From positions 253,704,001-253,768,000 of the forward strand of contig OZ024740.1 of NCBI GenBank assembly GCA_964016885.1: a stretch of DNA of 64,000 nt, written 5' to 3'. Below, piece by piece: positions 41,020 through 51,529 of the stretch. The stretch's first letter is position 1. Every line of letters starts with the position of its first letter. Under the pieces are notes generated by a model. It had not been told where the DNA came from. It saw only the letters and a program-made list of their open reading frames with translations, and made no database searches. The position numbers and the translations under genes are program-made. The DNA comes from Eledone cirrhosa. Lineage: Eukaryota.

Positions 41020-42772
41020 TCATCATCATCATCATCATCATCATTTAACGTCCATCTTCCACGCTAGCATGGGTTTGGACAGGAATTTTCCCACTTGAGG
41101 TAAGATTTTCTACGTCTGGATGCCCTTCCTAACACCAACCACGTTTACAGTGTAGACTGGGAGGTTCTTACCGTGTTACCTACACGGCCTCATTACTGCG
41201 TTGACTGTGGGGTTTTTTGTTGTGACACCTACACGACCTCATTTGTTTCGGACTGGATGTTGTGGTACCAACATAACTTTACATTGAAAGGGGTCGTGTG
41301 GATGGGGTGGGGATAGTGGGACGGGGGTGTATTTTTGTTAGAGGTGCCTACTGACTGTAGGTTTCGCTTTGTACTTAGGCAAGGCGGGTCTTCTGTATTA
41401 CTGTGTAGCGCCAAAGACCTCGGTCCAGTGACATTGTCTTGGAGAGGTGTAAGTGTGTGAGGTCGGAATTTATCTAGTCGTCCCAGGTTTTTCTGGGTCT
41501 GCCTTATCCGTGGCTTCCGTCTGTTTTTCTGGGTCTGCCTTATCCGTGGCTTCCGTCTATTTTTATCGCCCTGCACTTTTTTATACAGTTGTCGTCTTTC
41601 ATGCGCATCACGTGACCGTACCAATGTAGTCTTCTCTCGAGTAAACAACATCTGATCGCTCTTATTCCTAATTTCTCCCTTAGTTCGTTTATGCTTTGCC
41701 GTTCACGTATATTACTTTTACACATCCAGCGGAGCATGCAAGCTTCGTTCCCCTCCAATCTGCGTATATCCTCTGCACACAATGCCCAGGTCTCACTGCC
41801 ATGTAACATTGCTGTTCGTATGCAGGCATCATACAGCCTGCCTTTCATTTTTAGAGAGAACCCTTTAGCGGCCAATAGTGGTATAAGCTCTCTGAACGTT
41901 TTCCATCCCATTCTGACTCTAGCTACTGTACTTTCAGAGCACCCTCCACCACTGCTGATTTTGTCACCCAGGTAACGGAAGGTGTCCACTATTTCTATAG
42001 AACCATCCGTGCAATGGAATGAGCTAGTATTCTGTGGGCACTTGCTGCTACTTATTGCACCAGAGCACCGGCCACATATAAAATCGTTAGCTTACCTGTG
42101 ATCCCACTACATCTTTTATGCACCCATACTTTGCATTTGGGACATAAAATGGAGTTTCTGCCTTCTCCTTTCCTTCACACTGAGCATGGCCATTTCCCAG
42201 ATGGGACCGGTGCCCTATTTTCCTTCCTACAAACTAGAACTTTAGTCTTAGACAGGTTAATTTTAAGGCCTTTTGATTCTAGGCCATGCTTCCATGTTTG
42301 GAATTTCTTCTCTAGTTCGTCCATTGATTCAGCTATGAGCGTTAGATCATCTGCGTATAGGAGTTCCCATGGGCAGCCGGTCTTAAACTCCACTGTTATA
42401 GCCTGAAGGGCAATAATAAATAGTAGGGGGCTAAGAACAGAGCCCTGATGAACACCAACTTTTACGCTAAACTCTTCACTATATTCGTTGTTAATTCTAA
42501 CCTTGCTGACTGTTTCTTTATACATGGCTTGTATAGCTCTCACAAGCCATTCATCAACACCTAGTTTTCTAAGAACCCACCAGATTATTCAACGGGGACT
42601 CTGTCAAAGGCTTTCTCCAAGTCAACAAAAGCTAAGTATAGGGGTTTTTAGTTGTTGTACAATGAAAAGAGCGTTTGTGGTACTTTTACCTGACACAAAT
42701 CCGAACTGCATTTCATCTAGATCAATTCGCTCTCTGATTAGTTGCACTATTACTTTTTCTGTGACCTTCATG
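41020..42772 (-). mobile_element. 5'-truncated RTE subfamily C, degenerate
   Basis: RT motifs with frameshifts; short duplication near 41485-41560. Confidence 0.92.
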
Positions 42773-42822
<50 letters not shown>

Positions 42823-43499
42823 TATACATACAAACACATGCATGCATACATACACGTGCGTGTGTGTATAAACATATATGCAGACAAACTATATATACAC
42901 ACACACTCGCAGGTGGGGATACACACAGATCCACGCGCAAAAAAATATTTTTACTATTAGATAAACAAAATAAATATTATAAAATTACATAAATACACAT
43001 ATGTATACACGTATATATACATAAATATACATATGAAAGATATACACACATATACACACACACACATATATGCATATACGTATAAATACACATACATGTG
43101 TATGTACATATATGCCTGCCTGCATATGTGCCCACATACAACCATATGTGTGTACACTTAAAAACATAGTGGGTATGTAAGGACAAGGGGAGATAACTGA
43201 AATCAAATAATATAAAAACAGGTGAGGGAGAAAAGGGGTGTATAAGTTGTGGTAGTGAGTAAGTGTTTGTGAAGAGATCTGGATAAGGGTATATAGTTAA
43301 AAAGTGATCTGGGTAAAGGTAGAGTACAGGATGAAGGTGGTGGGTGTGTATGTGTTAAAGGTATGGTAGAAAATAGTTGGGGGGGGGTTATAAATCAAAT
43401 GAAAAAAATAGATAAAGATGAGGGAGAAAAAATGTATATATTGGTAGAAAGTATGTGTTTATAAGTTGATGACATTGGTAGTGAGTGGAAGGTGTGATA

Positions 43500-43990
43500 T
43501 GTAAAGAGGAAGCTCAGGGTGATTGAGTAATCGTTGGTGTGTTAATCCAGCTAAAAAGTAGATGCAATTTCAAGTGCGGACAACATCTAAAGATCTCGGT
43601 CTTAGAGTTGAGGCAAGTGAGAGGGGTTTTCAGGTTTTAGAGAATTCTGAATTTTTCTGAATTTTTCCTAATTTTTCTGAATTTTTGTGCCCCTTTGGTA
43701 TTCTCTTGAGTTGTCTAATCAATAGAGTATGGAATGTTTTTGTCTTTAAACTCTCACACTCTATTTGTCAGTACCTGGTTTTAAATCTGTCCTGAGTCAT
43801 GCCAACATATCGCTCACTTCTGGCTAGCTGGTTATTAATCATCGGTGACAACTTGGCCTCATACACAATGGATTTGGTATTACATTTGCCCTGTAATGGG
43901 CATTCTTCCGGTTTCCTGCAGCTGCATCCTGGATTCACTCTAGTACCATTAGAGTTGATAATTTTATTTTCATAGATGGGCAGCAAGAGT
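43500..43990 (-). mobile_element. Penelope-like GIY-YIG remnant
   Basis: CSCRKPEECPLQGKCNTKSIVYEAKL..YVGMTQDRFKTRY. Confidence 0.85.
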
Positions 43991-44086
43991 AGCTTATCTT
44001 ATTATATCTATGATTAGGGAGAAAATGTTTGTCTAGAAGGTCGAGGTATTTTCCTGAGCTTCCTCTTTACATATTATGCCTTCCAG

Positions 44087-44522
44087 TCACTACTTTAAAA
44101 TAATAGCGCAAGGTCTTCAAAATGTTTTTAATTAAGCATACAGTATAATTCCAAATATACTATATATACATTCATGTATACATCGCTATTTCAGAGCACC
44201 AATTCTAATTTTCAATTTTTGCTGGACCAGCAATCGCTCTGTATAATCAGTTCCTGATTATTACTGGAATTCTATAAGAATCCAATATCTATAATTTTCA
44301 ACAGGCATCGGCGAGTGCTAAGCTCTGATGATTACCAACAATATGAAACAGATCTGTCATCTTATCTCCCTTTGTTTGTTGAAAAAAGAAGTGACACGGT
44401 CACTACTTTAAAATAATAGTGCAAGGTCTTCAAAATGTTTTTAATTAAGCAGACAGTATATTCCCAAATATACTATATATACATTCATGTATACATCGCT
44501 ATTTCAGAGCACCAATTCTAAT
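44087..44522 (+). repeat. ~120-bp direct repeats flanking a degenerate hammerhead motif
   Basis: 44087-44210 repeats at 44399-44522; CTGATGA..GAAAC-AGATCT-GTC near 44319-44365. Confidence 0.7.
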
Positions 44523-44539
44523 ATATATATATATGTATA

Positions 44540-45444
44540 TATATTTATGTATATATATAAAATTAAGTATGTGTGTGTGTATGTGTGTATTACATATAGG
44601 GGTCTACATCTCACGACCGATTTTCATGAAACTTTACAGGCTCATAGATTAGTCATCAGGGAGTGTTTTCTATATATCAGCGTATCGTTTTTTTTTTTAT
44701 TCCGAGGTCATTCTGCAGATAAAAATCGATAGGGGGTCACCTTTTTTTAGGTATCAAAAAATAAGATTTTTTGGCTCTAGCTCCCAGATTTTGCCACCGA
44801 TTTCGTTCAAATTTTAAAGCAAAATAGAATTTATCATTGCACATCCTGTAATGGCTTTATATTTTGCATTTGTTGTTCAGGGACAGCGTGACAGCCGCTT
44901 ATTGAAAAATACCACTTTTAGACTCAAATTTCCACTTTTTCAGCTCTAGCTCCCACATTAATCAACCTTTGTTCAAATTTTACACTACGCTAGATCTGAT
45001 TATTTCACATCTTAAAGTGGCTTTACATTTTGGATTTTTTGTTCAGGAACGGCGTGGCAGCCGCTTAAATATTCGAAAATACCACCTTTTCGCTCAAATT
45101 TCCGCCTTTTTTGGCTCTACCTCCCACACTTTTCAACCAATTTCCTTCAAATGCGAAACTTCGGCTCCACCTCATACATAAATCAATTTATTTGGTTCAA
45201 CTTTTATACTACATAGAACCTATCATTAGCTCCCACATTTTTCAACCAATTTCGTTCAAATTCGAAACTTCGGCTCCACCTCACACATAAATCATCTCAG
45301 TGATAGAGGTCATCACCACCCTCCCCCGCATGGCCTGTGTGTGGCCATAGATGAGTCATCGAGAAGCAGTCACTAAGATCAACACTTTTTCATCAAAGCA
45401 GATATTATTTTACCTACCCAGGCAATGCTGGGTACTGCTGCTAG
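44540..45444 (+). mobile_element. Non-autonomous Helitron
   Basis: ACCGATTTTCATGAAACTTT near the 5' end, internal repeats, ACCCAG..CTGGGT hairpin + CTAG|T. 5' boundary approximate. Confidence 0.7.
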
Positions 45445-45489
45445 TATATATATATATATGTATGTGAGTGTATGTATATAATATATATA

Positions 45490-48400
45490 TTTTGTATCAG
45501 AACTGTCGGTAATATATGTATATATATATATGTGTTTGTGAGTTGTGTGTGTGATTGTATGCATGAATGAGTGTTGGTATGTGTGGTTGTGGTTTGTATG
45601 CATGAGTATTAGTGTGTGAGTCGTGTCAATAAGTTTTTTTTTTTTTTTTTTTTTTTTTTAAATGACCATGCTGTAAAATGGAGGGGTAGAGAGGGCCCTT
45701 GAGTCTAGTAAGACATCCTCTCTAGTGCTGGTGGCACAAATAAAAGCACCCAGTCCATGCTGTAAAGTGGCGCTGGTGTTAGGAAGGGCATCCAACCAGT
45801 GTATCAATGCCAAAAAGCTTATCAGCACAGCAACAAAACAGCATAGAAAAAAAAAAATATGAAGACGTCGCATCTCAGAGTTGCAACACTTAATGTTGGC
45901 ACTCTCAGAGGTAGATCTGCTGAAATAGCGGAGATGCTGGAGAGAAGGCAGGTGGATGTGTGCTGCGTGCAAGAGGTGAGATGGAGAGGTGCCTCTGCGA
46001 GACTAGTCGTAGGCAAGCGTCTTAGCTATAAGCTATTCTGGGTAGGTAAGGATGATGGGTTAGGGGGAGTAGGCATTTTCCTGGCTGAGAAATGGATCAA
46101 TAAGACAATAGAGGTAGTTCGAGTTAGTAATCGAATAATTAAGCTTAGATTAGTTGTAGGTAGGAGACTACTGACAATCATCTCGGTCTATGCTCCCCAA
46201 GCAGGCCTAGGCAAAGATGAGAAAGACTGCTTTTATGAGCAACTTTTGCAAACAACCACAATGACAGAGGACGGAGACATCGTTATGCTAGCAGGAGACT
46301 TCAATGGTCATGTTGGACAGCTCCAGGATGGTTACACTGGGGTACATGGTGGGCATGGTTACGGTTCAAGAAATGAAGAAGGAGTGAGACTTCTTGAATT
46401 TTGTGATGCAAGTACATTGACTATTTGCAACACAAACTTCCAGAAACCTGCCAATCACCTAATAACCTACAAATCTGGTGAGCACATAAGCCAGATTGAC
46501 TTCCTGCTAGTTAGGCAGCGGGACAGGCAGATAGTGTCTAATACCAAGGCATACCCTGGGGAAGAATGTACCCCACAGCATAGGTTAGTTGTTAGTGATA
46601 TCTCAGTAAGCAAGAGATGGAATGAGCCATATAGGAAGGTGTGGAGAAGAAAGGTCTGGAAGCTAAAAGACCTTTCACTAAAATTCAAATTTAGGAAAGC
46701 CCTTCAAGATGTATATGACGAAAAAGAAGACGATTTAGAGACGTATGACATAGATAATAACTGGAAGTTCTTACGTGACAACTTGCTGAAGGCTACTGAT
46801 GAAACTTGTGGCTGGAGCAGAGCCCCAACCAGACAGAGAGTGACCTGGTGGTGGAACAGCAGTGTAGATAAGGCTATTAGAGACAACAGACTAGCATGGA
46901 AGGCTTGGAATAAGGGTGGGAGTAGGGAAGAATATACAGCCACTAAGAGAGAAGCTAGACGTCAGGTGTACTTAGCACGCAGGGAGGCAGAGAGTAGGAG
47001 GTTTGCCAATGTTCTGCGACGGGAAGATCAGAGGCGTGCGGTGTTCCACATTGCAAGGCAGTGTGTCAATGCAAATCAGGATGTTGTTGGTGATAAATGT
47101 GTCCGGGATGATGCCGGTGTACTTAGTGTCACGAATGACCAGAAAAAGGAGGCCTGGAAATGCCATTATGAGAGACTGATGAATGTGGAGAACGAATGGG
47201 AGAGAGAGAAATTACCCTTGGTAGATCCGACAGAGGGACCAGCTATTGAGATTGACGAATATAGGGTCCAAGAGGCGATTAGGGAAATGAAAAATGGTAA
47301 GGCGGCCGGACCATCGGGAATAGTTGCTGAGATGCTGAAGGCATCAGGGGACGTAGGCACTAAACTGGTTGCACGCATAATCAATCAGGCTATATATGGT
47401 GGTGTCATACCCAAAGACTGGTGCAGCAGTATTCTCATAAATTGCTACAAAGGTAAAGGGGATGCTTTGGAGAGGAGCAATTATAGGGGTATAAAACTGA
47501 TAGATCAGGTTATGAAAGTGGCAGAAAGGATTTTAGCACAACTAATTAGAGAAAGGGTCAAACTAGATGAGATGCAGTTTGGTTTTGTGCCTGGGAAGAG
47601 TACAACAGATGCCCTCTTCTTGGTGAGACAAATGCAAGAGAGGTTCTTAGAGAAGAATAAGCCACTATACTTGGCCTTTGTTGACCTAGAGAAGGCCTTT
47701 GATAGGGTACCCCGATCTGTCATCTGGTGGTCCCTAAGGAAGCTGGGTGTTGAGGAATGGCTTGTAAGGACAGTGCAAACTTTGTACAGAGGTACTCTCA
47801 GTAAAGTCAGGGTAGGAATGGAGTTTAGTGAGGAATTCCAGATACAAGTAGGAGTACATCAGGGTTCGGTCCTCAGCCCGCTCTTGTTCATTATAGTCCT
47901 CCAAGCCATAACAGAGGAGTTTAAGACTGGCTGTCCATGGGAACTTCTCTATGCTGACGATCTGGCTCTTATGGCAGAATCAGTAGAGGAGCTAGAGAAT
48001 AAATTCCGGCTATGGAAACAGCAGTTGGAAGCAAGAGGACTGAGAGTAAATCTAGCTAAGACAAAAGTGTTGATGAGTAGAAAAGAGGACAAAACCCTGA
48101 TTCCGTCAGGGAAATGGCCATGTTCGATATGCAGAAAAGGAACTGGCATAAATTCTATAAAATGCACACAATGTAGGTCCTGGGTACACAAGAGATGTAG
48201 TGGGATAGCAGGCAAACTAACAGGTAGGGAGAAATATGTATGCAGTAGATGTACAGGGAAATTAGACAGTAGAAGTCGCACTGATAGACACATTTTTCAA
48301 ATGCGAGAGGGCGCTATAGAAGTGGTGGATAGCTTCCGGTACCTAGGAGATCAGATTAGCATGGGAGGAGGGTGTTCCGAGGCCATAGTATCTAGAATAA

Positions 48401-48950
48401 GGACGGGTTGGAAGAAGTTTAGGGAGCTGCTTCCTCTGTTGACGAAGAAGGGTTTCTCCCTGCGTACGAAAGGCCGGTTGTATGATGCCTGTGTGAGGAG
48501 CGCGATGCTGCATGGTAGTGAGACATGGGCAGCTACCGCAGAAGATATGCGACAGCTGGAGAGAAATGAGGCAAGCATGCTCCGTTGGATGTGCAGTGTA
48601 AATGTGCGTGAACGACCCAGCATAAATGTGTTGAGAGAGAAACTGTGTCTGAGAGGGATAGAATGTAGTGTACGGGAGAGGAGACTGAGGTGGTATGGAC
48701 ATGTGATGCGCATGGAGGATGACCGATGGGTGAAGAAGTGCCAGGAAATGCCAGTTGAAGGAAGACGTAGTAGAGGTAGACCACGAAAAACATGGGCGGA
48801 GGTGGTGAGAACAGACCTCAGATCATTGAAGCTCACGGTGGAGATGACGAGGGACCGTGACGAGTGGAGAGATGCTGTGCTGAATAAGACCCGTCCCACC
48901 CTTGCAAGCAGGGAAAAGCGGACGTAAAATGATGATGATGATGATGATGA
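45490..48950 (+). mobile_element. Full-length, apparently intact RTE LINE, subfamily A
   Basis: 5' UTR shared with 26760-27112; single ORF; (TGA)n tail running into (TA)n. Confidence 0.95.
45859..48927 (+). CDS. RTE ORF: AP endonuclease + reverse transcriptase with embedded PHD-like finger (1022 aa)
   Basis: [64 protein letters not shown]. Confidence 0.96.
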   Translation: MKTSHLRVATLNVGTLRGRSAEIAEMLERRQVDVCCVQEVRWRGASARLVVGKRLSYKLFWVGKDDGLGGVGIFLAEKWINKTIEVVRVSNRIIKLRLVVGRRLLTIISVYAPQAGLGKDEKDCFYEQLLQTTTMTEDGDIVMLAGDFNGHVGQLQDGYTGVHGGHGYGSRNEEGVRLLEFCDASTLTICNTNFQKPANHLITYKSGEHISQIDFLLVRQRDRQIVSNTKAYPGEECTPQHRLVVSDISVSKRWNEPYRKVWRRKVWKLKDLSLKFKFRKALQDVYDEKEDDLETYDIDNNWKFLRDNLLKATDETCGWSRAPTRQRVTWWWNSSVDKAIRDNRLAWKAWNKGGSREEYTATKREARRQVYLARREAESRRFANVLRREDQRRAVFHIARQCVNANQDVVGDKCVRDDAGVLSVTNDQKKEAWKCHYERLMNVENEWEREKLPLVDPTEGPAIEIDEYRVQEAIREMKNGKAAGPSGIVAEMLKASGDVGTKLVARIINQAIYGGVIPKDWCSSILINCYKGKGDALERSNYRGIKLIDQVMKVAERILAQLIRERVKLDEMQFGFVPGKSTTDALFLVRQMQERFLEKNKPLYLAFVDLEKAFDRVPRSVIWWSLRKLGVEEWLVRTVQTLYRGTLSKVRVGMEFSEEFQIQVGVHQGSVLSPLLFIIVLQAITEEFKTGCPWELLYADDLALMAESVEELENKFRLWKQQLEARGLRVNLAKTKVLMSRKEDKTLIPSGKWPCSICRKGTGINSIKCTQCRSWVHKRCSGIAGKLTGREKYVCSRCTGKLDSRSRTDRHIFQMREGAIEVVDSFRYLGDQISMGGGCSEAIVSRIRTGWKKFRELLPLLTKKGFSLRTKGRLYDACVRSAMLHGSETWAATAEDMRQLERNEASMLRWMCSVNVRERPSINVLREKLCLRGIECSVRERRLRWYGHVMRMEDDRWVKKCQEMPVEGRRSRGRPRKTWAEVVRTDLRSLKLTVEMTRDRDEWRDAVLNKTRPTLASREKRT

Positions 48951-49039
48951 TATATACATATATATGTGTATAATATATATATATGTGTATAATATATATA
49001 TATATATGTGTGTGTGTGTATAATATATATATATATCTA

Positions 49040-49285
49040 GGGCGGGTAAACTTCCCGAGATCCATGGACGAGTTCTCTCCAGCGGTCTCTGTCCCTCATT
49101 ATCGCTGCCATGTCCTGCGTCTCCTGGATGTCAGTGAGCATGTCCAGCTAACCTCAGTCTCCTCTGTGTCACTTTTGAGCTGACTTTTGGGAGGCTCCCA
49201 TACAGCTCTGAGTTTTTCATCCTCAGTGTATACTGATTAATGTTCAGAGCCATCCTCAGCATTCTCGTGTAGCACCCATCCACCA
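49040..49285 (-). mobile_element. Fragment of a different RTE-like LINE
   Basis: DGCYTRMLRMALNI..RRLRLAGH. Confidence 0.7.
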
Positions 49286-49309
49286 TTATATACATATATA
49301 TAATATAGG

Positions 49310-50965
49310 TCATTATCATTTAACGTCCATTTTCCACGCTAGCATGGGTAGGATGGACTGTCTCGTTGTGAGAAATCCAGAACTGATTTTGGCTTGGTTT
49401 CTATGGCTGGATGCCCTTCCTAACGCCAACCACATTTACAGTGTTGGCTGGTTGATTTTCTTGTGACACTTACACAGCACTTTGCAATGTGGGCTGGGGG
49501 CTTTTTGTCATGACACCTACAGAACCACTTTGTAGTGTGGGTTGTGGACTTGTGTGGGGTGGGGAAGATGCCTGGGGAATTGGAGGAGTGGGATGATTAC
49601 AACAAGAGAGGTGTATGGGAGGGGTGATGGTAGGGAAGGTGTTGAGGAATACTAGATATATGCCTCGGCTCATGAATATGGGAGGGCAGGTCTTCTGTAA
49701 TATTGCATAGTGCCAGAGATCGCAGTCCTCTATCATCGCCTTAGCAGGGATAATTGTGCAAAACCAGCTTTTATTACCTCATCCCAAGTCTTCCTAGGCC
49801 TGCCCACTCCATGGCTTCCATCAACTTTGAGCGCTCTGTACATTTTTATACAGCTGTCATCCTTCATACACATCACATGTCCATACCAATGCAATGTCGT
49901 CTCCTGCACACTGCATCTGATCCCTCTTACACCTAATTTCTCTTGCAGTCTGTTTACGCTTTGCCATTTGTGTATCCATTGAAGCATGGAGGCTTCATTT
50001 GTTTCCAATCTTCGCAGGTCCTCTGCATACAGTGCCTAGGTCTCGCTGCTGTGCAACATTGTTGTTCATATACATGCATCATACAGATGATGAGAAAAAC
50101 CTTTTGTAGTTAGCAGTGATAGTAGCTCCCCGAACTTTCTCCAACACAATCTCACTCTAGTTACTGTGCTTTCAGAACACTCTCCCCCACTGATTTGGTC
50201 ACCCAGATAACAGAAACTATCTACTACTTCTACAGAACCTTCTGGGCATTTGAAGCAGATTGCATCCTGAAAGTTCTTGCTATTTACTCCCTTGTACACC
50301 AGCAACATGTAAAATCTATGTTCTTTGTTAGCCTACCTGAGATCCCACTACATTTCTTGTGTACCCATAGTTTGCATTTGGAACATAGGATGGAATTTCT
50401 ATCTACTCCTTTTCTGCACACTGTGCAGGGCCATTTCCCTGAGATCTGGGCTCTGTTTTCCTTTCTACCTACTAGAACTCTTTGCCAAGTTGACTTTAAG
50501 ACCTTTTGATTTTAGGCCATGGTTCACGGTTTGGAATTCCAATTATAATCCGGCTTCAGATTTAGCTAACCACTCTTAAACTCCTGTTATTGCCTACAGG
50601 ATGATAAAAAACAGGAAAGGTTTAAGAACTGAGTCCTGAGATGGACACCAACCTGCATGTTAAATTCTTCACTATAGTCATTGATAATTCTGACCTTGCT
50701 GACTGTTCCTCTATACATGGCTTGTACTGCCCTCACAAGCCACTCATCTATAACTAGTTTTCTAAGAGCCCACCAGATAATGGAATGAAGGGCTCTGTCA
50801 AAAGATTTCTCCAGGTCTACAAAAACCAAGTAGAGGGGCTTACCTTTAGCTATGTACTTATCCTGCAGTTGTATTACAAGGAAGAGGGCATCTGTGGTAA
50901 AAATCAAAACTCCATCTCATCTAGGTTAACTCGTTCTCTTATCAGCTCTCCTATGACTCTTTCTG
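49310..50965 (-). mobile_element. Older, degenerate RTE copy
   Basis: Multiple frameshifts; PLYLVFVDLEKSFD, FCYLGD; same 3' tail motif. Confidence 0.88.
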
Positions 50966-51209
50966 GGACCTTTGAATTTAACTTCCCTTAAGTTCAACTT
51001 CTCTCTCCCTCTATTTTCAATTACTTCAGTGTTTTAATGCTTCTGCTATCCAAGTTTGAATTAACTCCTCTCAACTTCTCTTTCCCTCTATTTTCAATTA
51101 TTTCAATGATTTTAATTCCTTTTAAATGCTTCTACTGTCTCCCCATGGTTCATTGCGTGGACAGCGCCCAGTTCCGAAACTATATATACAATTAGTTATG
51201 AAAGTGACA

Positions 51210-51340
51210 TATACAGGTATTTAATTTTCGTTGGTTTATTTACACCAACTCATTCAGTTTGTTATATAAAATAACATTTTTTATATAACAAACTGAATGA
51301 GTTGGGGTATATAAACCAACGAAACTTAAATACCTGTATA
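51210..51340. repeat. Near-perfect ~60-bp-arm inverted repeat
   Basis: ATACAGGTATTTAA..TTGTTATATAAA pairs with TTTATATAACAA..TTAAATACCTGTAT. Confidence 0.9.
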
Positions 51341-51529
51341 TCATTGTTGTTACTAATTATACTTAACTCGTCCTATGGACAGAGTGCTCTTACTATTGGA
51401 TATTTCTATAAACTTATACTACAGTATATATAAAGAGAGAGGTGGGGGTTAAAATCCTGACCGCGGCGCCTAGCGGTGTGTATATACACACATTTCAAAA
51501 TAAAGACATAATGATAAGAACAATAATAG

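Noticed and set aside
51460-51480. GC-rich CCGCGGCGCCTAGCGG, CTCF-like or promoter-like
   Set aside because: Too short and imperfect to support from sequence alone.
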